Shown here one piece after another: positions 28,663 through 43,600 of a DNA stretch of 64,000 nucleotides; the first letter of the stretch is position 1, and every line of letters starts with the position of its first letter. Source of the stretch: a virus; IMG/VR virus record IMGVR_UViG_3300025450_000015, positions 1-64,000 of that record. One strand, given 5' to 3'. The notes beneath the pieces are model-generated. The model worked only from the letters and a program-made list of their open reading frames with translations, did not search any database and was not told the origin of the DNA. Made by a program: the position numbers and the translations under genes.

Positions 28663-31600
28663 TTATCCTTGGTCCATTGTTGTGTTTCCGGTATCTAAAC
28701 TAACATTATTACCGTCAAATGTTGGGTCTGTACTATTACTTATTTGAATAAAGCCATTATACCATATGCCAGGTTGTGCCTTAACAAAGGTTGATACAGT
28801 ATCTTTTCCTTGTAAAATACTAGTCGTAGAAGTACCAGCACGTACACTTGGGGACTGATTTAATTGTTTTAAATCGTATCCATCCCATAGTGTTCCAGTA
28901 GTTCTGACCACTGTTATTAATGTACCAAACGCTGGAGCATTTGTTAATGTAATTGTTGAAGTTCCATTAACTGTAAAATCCGCAGGATAACTTACATCAC
29001 CTGCTGGACTATACGGTGCATTATTAATATCAAATATCTTGTAAGATTGTTTCTTTAATCGAACAAGATCATTTTGTCCACCTACAAATATTTCAATCTG
29101 GTTAGCCGATGTAACAGTATACGGCAATGTGATTGTAGTTGTACCTAAACTTGTTATTTGTGTTGTCTGAACTGTGTCAATATAAGGAATAGTTTCACTT
29201 GGGCCGATACCTTGTACAAATGTTCCAGATGGATTTACTTTTGTTACTCCTGTACCTAACGTACCTCTGCGAAGTTGTCCTAGTGTATTTCCGGTTAATG
29301 TGAAGTATTCAATACGTTCGCCTCGAATTTCAACAACGCCTGGTTTATTATTAGAAGGACTCGGTATATCAAGATTGCTTGCATCTGATACAATAATTGT
29401 AGTATCATTCCAATGTAGTGTTTGTGCTAGTGTTGTTTGTTTATTCAAATTCAAACGTTTATAATTTACACGATTCAACATGTCTTTAAATTGCATATAT
29501 GCAATACTAGTTTGAACTACATTATTACCAAATGTAATTAATGTAACTGTATCCGTAGGAGATAATGTTTTTGCCAATGTGATACTTTGGAAATCACTAT
29601 TTAAAATGTAATCAATGCTGTTAGATAACAATGTTGAATTTTTTATTACCCAAACATAATTTCCATCAATTACTGGACGATCTAATTTGATAATGCCGCC
29701 TGGTATATTTTTATAATTGAAATAACTAGTTGAGCTTGGAGTTATGTTATAACTTGAGTTATACTGAATAGTTGTTCTTTGAATATCCAATACATTCTGC
29801 ACATAAGAACTAATAATTTCAACCACACCAGATGGAACTGTTGCAAATGTTATTTGACTAGTAGAAGGATTATAAGCATAGGCATTGTTTGCAACAATAC
29901 TTACAATTAATTGCTGTCCAGAATATTGAGAATAAATTGCTCTATTAATCTTAATAGTAATACCAGTTGGGTCTATGCTATAATCAGAAGATGCATTTAA
30001 TAAATTATTACCTGCATAAACTAGAATGTTATTAGTTGTTACTGACTGAGGAACAGCCTTAGATGGATCAATGGTATAATTTAATCTATTACCACCAATT
30101 GTAAAATAACTGTTGACTGGTGCGGACAATATTGATTGTCCTACACGTACAATCATATTACTTTCGTAAGGTAAATTATTTCCAATTGGGTATGACAAAG
30201 TGTAAGCCGATACACCAACTACTGGTGTAATTGATTGTGTTGTTGTGATTGCAAATGTTTGTTGCAAACCAGACACTATAATATAATTGATTAATGCACC
30301 GGCTGGTGGAGGAGATGCAAATTGTATTCCAATAAATCCAGCAACTTCATAAGATGTATCTGTTTCAAATAAAGTCACTGATGTTGCAACACCGTTTACA
30401 TACACTAAACTTGTTACAGTACTATTCCAACTAGCTCTTGTTATAAAATCAACTGTTGTACCATCACCAATAAAATAATCAATATCTAACAAATTAGATC
30501 CACTAAATCCGACACTATAAATTGATACAAGTTGGTTTGCTGTTGGAGTATTGATGAATGTAATATTAGGAGTTGTAGTGTAGTTAATCAAATAATCAGT
30601 ATTATAAGTTACAATATTACCATTAAGTTTAACAATAATAGCTCTTGAACTATTAGGTTGTTGTCCAATATTATAAGTCGATGTTATTCCATCAGTTTCA
30701 TAGTTAACAACTTTTATGTTAGCTGAACCTGTTCCAGTTTGATCATATACTTTAATTGCAAGTGTATCTACTACTTGTCCCGGTACTACTTCTTCTGGTG
30801 CAGGGCTAGATGTTGGTGTAACAAATCCGTCACCGTCTAATAAAATATCATCAGGTGCTAGTCCGGTTGCAGTTGTATAAGCTAAATTGCCGCCATCTAA
30901 TTTTGTATCGTAATCAGTATCCGGTGTTGGTACTGAACCATCACTAGTACTTTCACGTAGAATAAATCGGTCTCCAGTATTTACAGTAAAAGAAGCAGGA
31001 AGTTCTATGACATTTGTAATAGATTGATCAATCACAGTTCCACTTAAAGTAGATGCAAAACTAGTAGTACTAGCCGACCCGCCATAATCGACAGCACTAA
31101 AAGATACTGATAAACTAGCACCACCGCCACCGATCGTTGCAGGAGTAATAGTAGTACCAACTACTGGAGTTTTTATAATAGCGTTGGCATTGGTTTGCTG
31201 TGCTGTTCCAAAATTAGGATCATCTAATCTAATTGGACTATATGTTCCAGTTATATTAATGGTAGATCCCACTGGGTACGCTGTTTTTAATGTAGCACTA
31301 CCTGGTATTAGTACAACATCAGTTAATTCTTGTAATTTTTCTGTAAATGTAACTTGTGTCGAAGGTAACATGTTAGTTAAAATAACTTGACTCAACGTTA
31401 CAGCATTAGTCGATGTGTTAATTGCTGTAATTGTTGTATCATAACTAAAAGAACTCACTGTAGCGGCTGTTCCTGTTCCTGATCCTACACCTGTTGCAGT
31501 AAATGATTCTCCTGTTTGATTAGCTAATGCGCCGATTAATGTAAAATCGGTTGATCCAATACTGCTAATTGTATAAAGAATACCCGGAGTAAATGACCCC

Positions 31601-34600
31601 GCAGTAACCAATGCGTTAGTGACTACGGCTCCAACTTTTAATCCGTTTAAAGAATTAAGTGTTAATACATTACCTCCTGCAATATTAGAAACTGTAAGAG
31701 AACTACCGTTAGTAGGTAAAGAAGAAAATATTATTGCTTGATCATTTGGTGGAGTTGCATCCGGTGGAGCACTAATTTTTAAAATTGTGCTACTGACAAC
31801 ACTAACTACAGTTTGTCCAGACAAGAAATATGCCGGAGTTGCAACACCGTTGACTGAAGTAGTCGATGTTATTAACATTCCAGGAATAATTTTTGAAGTG
31901 CTTGACACTTGTAAAAGTATACCTGAACTACCGAACGAATTATAAAAACGTAGGTAAGATAAATTATCTGGAATAGAATCTAAGATAAGTGTTGTACTAT
32001 TTTCTATTCGAAGAATTTTTTGTCTACTTAAAAATCCTTGTCCATAAATTCTCATACCAGGTACCATACCTGTAGTAGACGCAACTTTAACTGTAAACCC
32101 TGCACTACCTAAAGAATTATATGTTGTAGTAATTCCAGAAGTTAACGCACTAGTTGTAATTGTTACCGATGGACTAATTAAATTTTGATCCACTGGGTAA
32201 ACAAGTGTACTACCGTCCGATGTGTATGAATAAGTTTTTTGTTTAACATAATATACGTTGATATTAGTATTGTTAGGTGGTGTATATGGTAACGTGAATA
32301 CGTGAGTATTTGCTAATACTTGAACAGAGTAATCATTAAAATTAGGATCTCTACTATCCCATGTATCACTCAAATAAGGTGCATCGTCCCAACCACCTGA
32401 AATGTTAAAGTTTAATCCTGTAACTGTTACACCGCCGTAATCTGTTCCTGTCATTAACTGACTTAAATCTTTACCTAACTGTCCTGTTGTAGGATTGTAA
32501 AAATATTGAATTCTGTCTGTAGCTGTTAATACTGAGATATCTTTATGATAAGTTACAATAATTGTTGATCCAACTGCTATATTAAAAGTAAATGTAATGC
32601 TACCGGTATACTGAGTATAACCTGATTCCATTGATGTCACTTTTGAAAGAGTATATAATTCTCTCAAGACAGGTGTTCCATTTACAGTCACTACTGTTTG
32701 ATCTATTCTAGTATCAGGTGCCCATGTCAATGGATACTGTACACGATTAATTATTGCAGTAAATGTATCAACTTGTTGCAGATTAGTAATATAATATCCA
32801 TAATTAACTCTATCAAATTTCATACCTACTAAATTTGAACGTACTAATCCGTTGCCAATAATTGCAACTGCTTGAGCTTGCACTCCGTTTGCACCTAGCC
32901 CGCCATTAATTGTCACTGTAGGTGCAAATAAATAACCGTTACCACTTGCACCAAATTGATCAACATTTAATAAAGTTATTTTAGAAACTTTACCATTTGA
33001 AATCAATGCGTCGGCTGTTGCTGTAACAGGATTTGATCCTGTTGGAGATGATATTATAATCTGCGGAACATTAGTATAACCGCTTCCTCCATTTGTAATG
33101 ACAATTTCAATAACTTTAAATCCAACATTGTCATTCCAAAATTTCCAAGGATAACTTTCAATCAACGGATTACTTGTTTGAAGTGTTCCATTAACATCTG
33201 TTACTTGTATTGTTGTAAATCCGCCATTTTCGTAAGTAGTTTGTAAATCAAAATCAGTTACAGCACTTTCAGTTGTATCCATACCAGTATAGTCACTGAT
33301 ATATTCTCTAACTTTTGTTCTGTAAGGTTTAACTTCAGCTACATAATCTTCAAAATTTCTTAAATTATCAATTGGATAGTTTACAGGCTGACCTAATGTA
33401 CCTACTTTATGGGTAGCACGTACAAAACTTGTTTTAAATATCCAGTCAATGAAAGGCTGTTCGCTATGTGCATAACGAACATTAGTAAAGAATAGATCTA
33501 AATAATCTTGTTTTAAATCGTCTATTAGAATATTATTTTTAATACAATTAAGAATTATTCTTAATTCAGCACTGGCTTGTACGTCAAAGTCACCGCCATC
33601 GAAAATGTTAGCATCATATCCAACATCTGTACCTGAGAACGAATACAAGCTAGATTTAAACTGGATCGTTCCATTTTCTATACCGACAATTCGATAACTT
33701 TGTGTCCAGTCTACGCTAGTTGAACTAGCATATTTTTCTAATAATATCCAATTGCTACTGCTACCATTTATAATCTTAACTAATATACCGATACCCTGGT
33801 CACTTAATGCCGAAAGACTTTCATTAACTGCAAACAAATCTGCAAATGTGTTTATTTTAAAATCTGGTCCGTTAAACTGGCTAAAACCAGTTGCATACCA
33901 ATCAGTGTAACTCCAGTATTTTCTAACATCATATGACTGTGATAAGGATCTTGACCAAATTCCAGTAGCAGGATCATAAGAGTAAATACTCCATGCACCG
34001 TATGCGGTACTGTCGGATAAAATTAATACAGAATAACTTCTAATTGTACATATTGTATTGTTGTTATATCCTTGTCCACCATTAATAATAGTAGCACCAG
34101 TTATCTGACCTAGTGCATTAATAGTGGCTTTTACTATTGCGCCTTCACCTGATCCAGTAATTTCAATATAAGGTGCATATCCATAACCATTTCCAGCATT
34201 TACTATTGTTATCCCAGTGATAGATCCGTTAGTTATAACAGGTTTTACTGATGGTAACGCAAATGATCCAATACTAGCAAATTTTAATTCTGCTTCTGTA
34301 TTATAAGAAATATCCCATAATCCTAGAATTTTATCAGGAGTAGGATCATAACTTTCCAACGCCGATATGTTTCTAGAATTAGTTGTTTGGTATGTACTTA
34401 ATACAAGATTGGTACGTTCAATTAATTCTTTAATTGCTTCTACACGATTAACAAACATTCCTTGACGAGGACGATTTTCAATACCGTAACGCAATTTAAC
34501 TGGTAAGCTAGGATCCGGTACTGGTCTACCACCCTGGTCGACACCACATAAACTATCAAACCATTTTTGTTCAATGGTATTTGGTAAATCTACAACAGGA

Positions 34601-37600
34601 TCGTTACTAATTAATTTCCATTGGCTATGAATATTTTGGTCTGTTTTATCAATAGTCCAATATTCAATTGCTAGTGCTACATCAGTTCCGTTTAGATATC
34701 GACTTGCATTTATAAGACTAAAGCTATTAGTACCAGTTAATGCAAGACATGTATAATCTTGTCCGCTTGGATTTGCAATTAAATTTGCAACATCATTTGC
34801 AGACATATTTCTTCCATCGACGCTAGGAATAATTTTTTTATTTTTTACCCAGAAATAATAAGTGTTTGTAAATGTTTTACTTACTGTGTCATATTTTGTA
34901 GTTGAGCTATAGGCTGAATTACCGTATAAACTTTTTCCGCTGATACCTGCTGTTAGTCCAGCTGGTGTATCAGCAATACTATCCCATACACTAGGTAATT
35001 GATTATAACTTACCCATTCGTAAATATCAACACTTGCACCTGCGGCAAGTGTATTCCATGCAGTGTTTCTATATAAAGGATCTGCAAAATAATTATTAAC
35101 AAATTTACAAGTTCTCAGATCCCACCATAGTTGACCGACTGGTTGGTCTGACCACCATCCTTCAATTCCGTTTGAAGATGCAACATTAACTGTTACTGTA
35201 CTATCACTGTAACTATAAGTTGCTGGGTCAAAGAACGTTTGATATTTGATTTCTTCTTCGGCAGGACCTGGAATTTTTCCTTGTAAAGGATCTACAACAT
35301 CCAAATAAGTAGACAATGTTCCTAATTTTTTATTATACAGGAATGCTTTTTTAATTTTACTTACATCTGGAATGGATACTTGCGTGTTATAAATTGTCCA
35401 GGCAAATACATTACTTAACTTTGTATATGTATAAACTTGTCCAGATTCAATATTATTAAACATTGCATACGGGGCACTAATTGCAATTTGATTATTGCCT
35501 ACTGCAAATCCAGTTCCGTATCCTTCTCCAAATTTATTTTCAGTTGCTAATGATTCGCTGAATATCCATTTACTATTGTATCTGTCGTAAATGTCAACCC
35601 TACCACTTGCATTATCTGCTGTTAAAAAATCAGTTGAATTTCTGTCAAATGTCGTTGTAGAGCTATCAAAGGAAGTACTAACTGTAGTATCACCGTATAA
35701 ACTATAAACAACAATAGTTTGACTATCATTCATAAATGATATCTTGTTACCAAATAAAGAATTAGTTTCAGGATTATTACTAATTAATGCTTGATTAAAA
35801 ATATACTGTCCATTTACAAGAGAATATACATTGATACCGCCTGCTTGCACTTTTGTATTACTTTGTGTATCATCGGAAATAGCAATATAATTTCCATAGT
35901 CGGATATTGCTATTCCAAATCCAAAATTAGAGTCAGATCCAACTAACACCTGCATAAAATCAGGATTGTTAACATCAGACACATCGTACACACTTACTGC
36001 ACCGGATGACGATACTAATAATGTGTTTCCATCTGCTGTTATTTTTAATGCACTACCAAAATTTACAGGGTTAGTTAACGATGCATCTGGATCGATATGT
36101 CCACTATAAGTCCATGTGTGTTCTACAAAGTTAATTGTTCCGCCTGGTAAACTGTTTTGATCAACCGGTGAATCTAAGAATAACGTATTCAAAGGTATAA
36201 TTGGAGCAGAAGTTCCGCTTAGTTGATTAGTGCTAGCAACAGCAAATGTTAAATTAACATCGTTATTAATAACCAGTTGTGTAATGGATGTACTCATGTC
36301 TTGAGTAGAACCAACAATCAAATAACTAAATGCTTGTTGTGATCCGTTTATTGTAAGATTTTCTTGTCCCTGGCTTATTACAATAGTATCAGGTAGAATA
36401 TTTGTACCTGTAACTGTCATACCTGCCAACACCTGACTTAAATTATAACTAGCACTATTGGTTACACTATAGTAAGAATATAATATGAATTTGGTTAATA
36501 CATAATCAACTTTTTGACCGCTAGTGTATCCACCGTTTGCACCAGACACTGCTATCATACCTGCACGTATTCCAAGAGTTGAATTAACTACTAAAATATT
36601 TTGTCCTGACTGAACTAAATTGTTGAATATAACTGTAGTTGCAACTCCTGATCCTGATCCAACGTTAGTTGCAATAAACGTTACGCCAACAGTATTTGCA
36701 GTTGCACCAATTGTAGTAAAATCTGTTGTACCTAGAGTGTAAATTGTATAAGTTGTTCCTATAACAAATGACCCAGCCGTTACTTTAAGTATTTCAGATG
36801 TAGTAACTCCTTGGTTTACTGCTTCACTGCCTACAGGATTATACTGTGACGAAGCCAGTGTGACTGTTGTATATCTTAATTGATAAACTCTACCTGCTCC
36901 GTTATTATGTCCAGGAGCACCAACGTACATAACATTATTTCCAAAAGCTACACTAGAACCAAATTGTTCATTAGTACTAGGAGATGGACTAATAATTGAA
37001 TCAACTAAACTATAATTGTTATTTAAATCTTTAACATACAGGCTTATCGCACCTTGTCCTACTATTGTGGAATTTATTCCCGATAAAGAATTTACAGGAA
37101 CATACGGAATAATTTGCCATGATAAAGATGTTGAGGACGGAGCAATTCCATTACTAGTAATCAAACACTCATAAAATATTCCATTTGTATCAGATACAAT
37201 ACTTCCAGGAGTATACGTATTGCTACTGTTATACAGTCCTACATAGCTGGTTGCTACTCGGTTGACTGTTGGACTACCGCCAACTAGCCAGACTCCGTCA
37301 TCACTAAAACTTAACACAGTAGAAAGTTGTGTAGGTTTTGTATTTTGTATTGGATACAACGGATTAGGGTTAGACATGAAAGGTGCAGTAAGAGTTGAGC
37401 GTTGTGCCCAAGGAACTACTGTTCCTGCTTTATCATAGGTAGTAATAACACCGGTTGATCCATTAGTTACTGCTAGTACAGAACCTTTACGATTCATAGC
37501 TACAACTGAACCAAATTGTAAATTTGCAGAGAATGAAATATTTGCCAAGGAAGATTGGCTAAACGCTGGATTGTATTTCCAAGTAGCCCAAGATCCTGCC

Positions 37601-40600
37601 CCACTATCATCGGTCCAAACTAATTCACCGGCTTTAAGTTTAACTGTATTACTTGTTGAATTCACAGTGTCTATACCTGCAAATCTTCTTGATACTAAAG
37701 AATACATTACCATCTGTCCAGTTTGTGTAAACGGAGATGGAAAATTTGAGATTTTAGTATTGATAGTAATTACATTTAAATTAACAGTAGCAATTTGATA
37801 AAACCCATCAAAAGTACTTAGATAAACACCTTGACTATTAATAGTTCCAGTTTCTCTTACTCCAATGTAAGAACCTGCTGTTAATGGTAAGCTATTCAAT
37901 GCTGTTATTGTTAGTACTCCGTTACTGTATGCAACAGATGATACTCTGATTTTTAAATCTGTAAAACGATATATATTCCAACTGTTATTATCAAATGCAG
38001 TCCAAATATACTGGCCTTCATCGATTGAAGTAATGGGGTATAACAAATTTCCTTTACTATCGGTATCGTTAATATTTGATAATGATTTTAAACTAAATTT
38101 AACATCTGCTGGATTAATATAACCAGCATCACGCAATAACGGATTATAATTTGTGTTTACTGGAAATGGATTAGAATTATAGCCGAGTGGTTTTACATAT
38201 ACATCATTAGGTGTTTGTTGATTCACAAAGTCGCTAATATTTTTATTAATAGAATTTGTTAAAAAATATCCTTGAGGATTATTTCTAAAATCTTTTTGGT
38301 CTAACACAAATTCTATATCCTCAAAAGCATTAGTTGCCCCATATCGGCCAACACGCAATGCCCACTCTTCATAAAATACTAGACTCTCCGCTTTGTCTTC
38401 GCTCAATACTCCAAACAAATGATTCAGCACATTTTGTGTACCTTTATCTCGAATCATACCTTGATAGAATTTAAATTCGCTGACAGGGTCTTGTATGATA
38501 TTATCCAGGTACTGTCTTTTTTGATAACCAATTAAATGTTGTGCAAATTTCTGTTGATCTGTATTAAAATTATCAACGTTAAGACTATAAAAATCTACAA
38601 ACTGTGTAGCAACATTTGTCCAGTTTGGCAATAGCTGTGCCGATGGTTTAGATTTTAATCTGGTCCATTGCTCAGATACAAAATTAATTGTTCCTGCTGT
38701 AAAGGCATTAGCACTATAATAGTTTCCTTGATATTCAATGATATCGGCCATATTATAATCTTGCCACGCTTGCCAAGAATCGATCTTAGCGGCATCATAC
38801 ACAAATCCAGGAATATCTAATCCGCCGTACCAGCCTTCGGTTACATACCCTGACAATTTTAAACGTTCTCTTCTATAACCTGTAGCAGGATTATAAATGA
38901 TATCATTAAAAATATCTGTATTATTAATTGTTACTACATGTTCATTTTGTATCAAATAAAAACTTGCACAATAAATTCCATGTGTACCTCTTGGACTATA
39001 TGTAACGGTATTTCCAGTTCGATAGCTATCTATATCGTTTGGAGTTAAAGGCGTACCGTCCACTTTAAATATTTCATAGCTGTTGAACGGATTACTTATA
39101 CTGTCAACAACTGTCAAATTAGTAATAAAATTGATACCATTGGCACTAGGACTTAAACTGATAACACTACTTCCAAGATTGCTTAATCCAGGTAATGCAG
39201 TCCATAGATTGTATTCAAACACAGCAGATGCCGGAATATTGTAGTTGGCACTATAATAATTGCCGTCGTATCGCACTACAGTTCCGTAACTATAAGGTTG
39301 ATTTACAGACCAGTCAGACCATTTTTCTTGTCCGTTACTCCAGTTTTGTGTTGTCCAGAACATGAACTCTCTAGCACTAGTGGACCAATTAGCAACACGG
39401 CCAAGATTATTATTGAAATCATCAAATATGAATCCTTGACTTAAAAGATATTGTTCATATCCTAATAAAAAGTCTACTACTTCTTGAATAGTAGTTAATT
39501 GTGTTCCGTAAGGCAATGTTTGTAAAGATGTGGTATCCCATGCCGATCTGAAAACAGCAGATACTCCGCCAGTTAACGGAAGAGATGCCAATAATGCGAA
39601 TGATTGACTATTAAAAGTTTCAGTAGCAACTGTACTAGTTACTGCTCTGTAATAAGAATTTCCATATTGCACAATCTGTCCGGCTGTATAAGATTGTCTC
39701 GGAGTCCAAGTTACAAAACTTTCTGAAATTCCTCCGACATTGACTGTGATGCCTGATTCTAAATAATTAAAATAATTAAAATATGGTTGTGTTTTACTAT
39801 AACCTTTAATTTCAAAACCGGTTGATAATTTTGTAATAATCACACCACTATAGGTTATTTTTTGAACAGGGCTAGAACTATTTAAAAATATGTTATAACT
39901 TTCTGGAGGAATAAAAACACTACCGGTAGCCAATGGGGTTTTACTTTCTAATAGTAAATTAAATTGTGGCTGGTTAGTAAATGCTCCAACTCTATAACTT
40001 AATTGAGGAGTTAAATTAGCTAAATTTGCAACATATAAATTATATGAATCTTGATTATTACTAAAAATAATATTTGAAATAAGATCAACTACATAATTGA
40101 TTAATCCAGCTGTTTGTACTCTAGATTTACTAGAATATAAATTAGGAATTTTTACATCAGCTGGTCGAATACGTAGCCCAGTGTCTTTATAAATTAATTG
40201 GCCGGCAATATTTCTTTCAATTCTATATCGATCTAACAAAATTCCAAAAGTTTTAGCAGGAGTTAACAACAAAGAAGATACTAACACACTAAATGGATAA
40301 TAGCTACTACGTCTCCATGCTGATTCAACTGGTCCCACATCTCCAAATACAAAGACACTATTTGTATTTTGTAATAATGGTCCGCTGGCTAATCCGCTAG
40401 TTGCAGGACTTACTAAGTTTCCAGATTCGTCAACTGGTAAATGATTTATTAAGAAAGGTCTTGCAAATTTAGATAATTTAATAACAGGCATCCCAGGTTC
40501 TTTAACAAGTCCTGCAGAGATATCTTGCCACATAGGTAAATTATCACTAGTATAAGGTGCTGGACCATACACACTAACCCACCAATTGGGTTGCTGACTA

Positions 40601-43600
40601 AATCCTAACATTTCCCATGGGCAAAGATTAGGACGATCGGTATCTAGCATCCAGCGATATACACCTCTCCAAAATCCCGGAACAGGGTTACCGTCCGGTG
40701 ATGTATCAAAAGAATAGTTATAAGTGAACAGATTAGCAACATCAAAATTTACAGGTTGAGTAAAATCTACGCCTACTAATCCAACCCAAGAATAGAATGA
40801 AGGAGAAAGTACCTCGTTAAATTCGCTTAGGGTGTAAGGAGTAGTTCGGTTATATCCTGGAATTATATCTGCGACATCAAAAATTGTAGAATCGTATTTT
40901 ACTTTAATATTATTAAAAATTCGTGTTTCTAATTCTAATAATACTGCATCTCTATAGTCGCCATATGCTAACACAATGCTACCGTCGTGCCCTTGTATTA
41001 CGTTTTGCGGAGATGCTAGTGTTGTATCTAAATAAATTTTAGGAACAAATGCAGGCCAAATTCCTAATTTAGTAGGAGTTGGCGGAACAAAACTTCCATC
41101 TGTACTGTCATACTCTACTGTAGTAATTGTATCACCGTTAGTTAACACAACAATATCTGTAATGACAATAAATCCTTGACTATTAAATGTATAGTCTTGT
41201 CCGTATATTAACTGAGTTTTTATAGCATTAGTTGTATGATAAACACCAACCGCCTGATTGCTAAGTTTATCTAACGTAAAAACACTAGTTAAAGGATAAG
41301 TTTTTATTCTATAATCTACAACTGTAAGATGTGTAGTAATACTTGCACCGTATGGCACCATATCACTAAAATAATAAGGAGCAGTATTTGGTTTGTTACC
41401 GTTAATAGATTGCATTACTAATTCAACCATAGTAACTGGATCTGTATCTACTCCTAAATTACTAGCTGCCGCAATAAAATTACGTTTAAAACTATTATAA
41501 TCATCCCTTGCTGTTTCAATAGCTTTAATAATATTATTAGATTCGGATGTAATATGATATAAACTTAAACTTAAAGGTCCGCTATGTTGTACAAATTTTG
41601 TTCCGTATTGTGTTACATTTCCTAAATCTCTTAAATTATCATCTCCCGGGAACACTCCAACAAATCCCGTTGGGAGGTTGTCAATAATACTAACAACATG
41701 GTCAGTAACTTCTCCCAATGTAAATGTATCAATAATATCATTTAATGGATTATTTTGAAGATTCAACGGTATTTCATAATAGCCGTTACTGTTAATTGCT
41801 TGCGAACTAAATGCTCTTATTGTTAATACATCTGTTGTAGTAATTGGCGTATTCAACACTAATTGTTTGTATTGAGGCGTATCGACTATTGTCCATTCTG
41901 AAGGACTAACTCTAAAACTATTAATATAAACTTTAACTACAAGATCTGATAAGTTTTTTATGTCATCAAAGATGTCAATGTTAAAATTATTTGTTTGTTC
42001 AGCACCTTCATAGATACGCACAGCGGCTTGTACTGTTGGTGTGGTACATGTTTGCCAGCCGTTTACATAACTAGAAACTCCTGCAAAATTAGTTTTTAAT
42101 AAAAATCCGGTATCAATACCTGTTGTGATAGTAGTCGAATTGTCTTTATAATTGAATGTATCTGTTGCAAGATTAAAATTAAAAACAATATCTCCAATAT
42201 TTGCAACATTTAAGTAGCTTAATGGAAATCCTAAAACTGAATCACTTGGGCCTGATCCTACTTGATAAGAAAACAGTTTAGTTCCTGTAAACGTAGAACC
42301 TGGATAAGTGGAAACATCACTAAAACTTATTTCATTATTGTCAAATATATCAAATAACGGTGGTTGATTTGAAGTTGTTTTTTGTTGTCCTTCAACCCAT
42401 ACTGTACCATTATACCAATACATCTGGCTTTGACCTTTAACTCCTTGTAATACTAGTACTGATTGATTCAATTCTGGGGTTGCTACTCGAGTTAACTGTA
42501 TTTGATTGCGACCTTGAATGTTTACAAAACTTACTTGATATATATTTCCTCGCACTAAAGGATCGGCATTTGCATTTGTAAACAATATGCGTTGCCCATC
42601 GGCTAATGAAATACCATCAATCGTATATCCTAACGACCCTTCAATTACATTAAAGACATCAGTTGTGTATGTATCAACTAAATCCACATCTGCTATTGAT
42701 ATCGTTCCTGTATTAAATAATTTTAAACCAGCTTCAAATTCAATAATAGGTCTGTTAGCTCTTGCTGTTTGATCTAATGAAGGAACATCTTTATTATAAT
42801 TTGCACTAGCTATAATAACATCTTTATGAAACCAACGATTGATCCTAGACCAAGGATTATGATCAGTACTTGCACGATTAATTACTATATAATCTTTAAC
42901 ATTTGCATAGCCTGTTGAATCATCAAAGGGCAACGAAGCAAATGGTGAAGAATCAAATTCGACTGATAAATTGGAAGTATAAGGACTCAATATCTCTAGT
43001 AATTTTTCAGAAACTAATTTAATTGCAACGCCAACTCCTTCAACATAATAGCTACCAACAGCATATTGCGATGGAGCTACATTTCCACCAAAATTTACTT
43101 TCATCCCGTTACTTAATGCAGTTCCGTCTGAAAGGGTGTATGTTTGTTTTCCAATAATTTCTTTATCTACGTCAAGAAATGTATTATCTACAATGTCAAA
43201 AATTTCAATAGCGCCGCCTAAATTAATATCAGTTTCGCTTTGATAAAATATTAAACTAGGAGCATTAAGCGGTACTGTAAATGTTATTGTTCCTAACTCT
43301 ACGCTATGATCACTAACTCCTTCTTTATATAGATACCCTTGTTCTATACTACGTTCAGTCATAAAACTAAAAGGATTACCCGGGCTTACAATATTAAAAT
43401 TGTAGGTTTGACCTCTATATAATTTTAATACAGGATTTAAAGTTAGTCCGTCAGGTGTAAACAAATATTCATTTGTATTACCTTCAGCCTGTATTGCAAC
43501 ATTGTAAGTACTATTCGTACCTAGTTGCTGACCGTAAATTGTAATAGTGTCAGGGCCGTATGGTAACCAATAGTAATCTTGAAAGTTTACAAATTTGTCC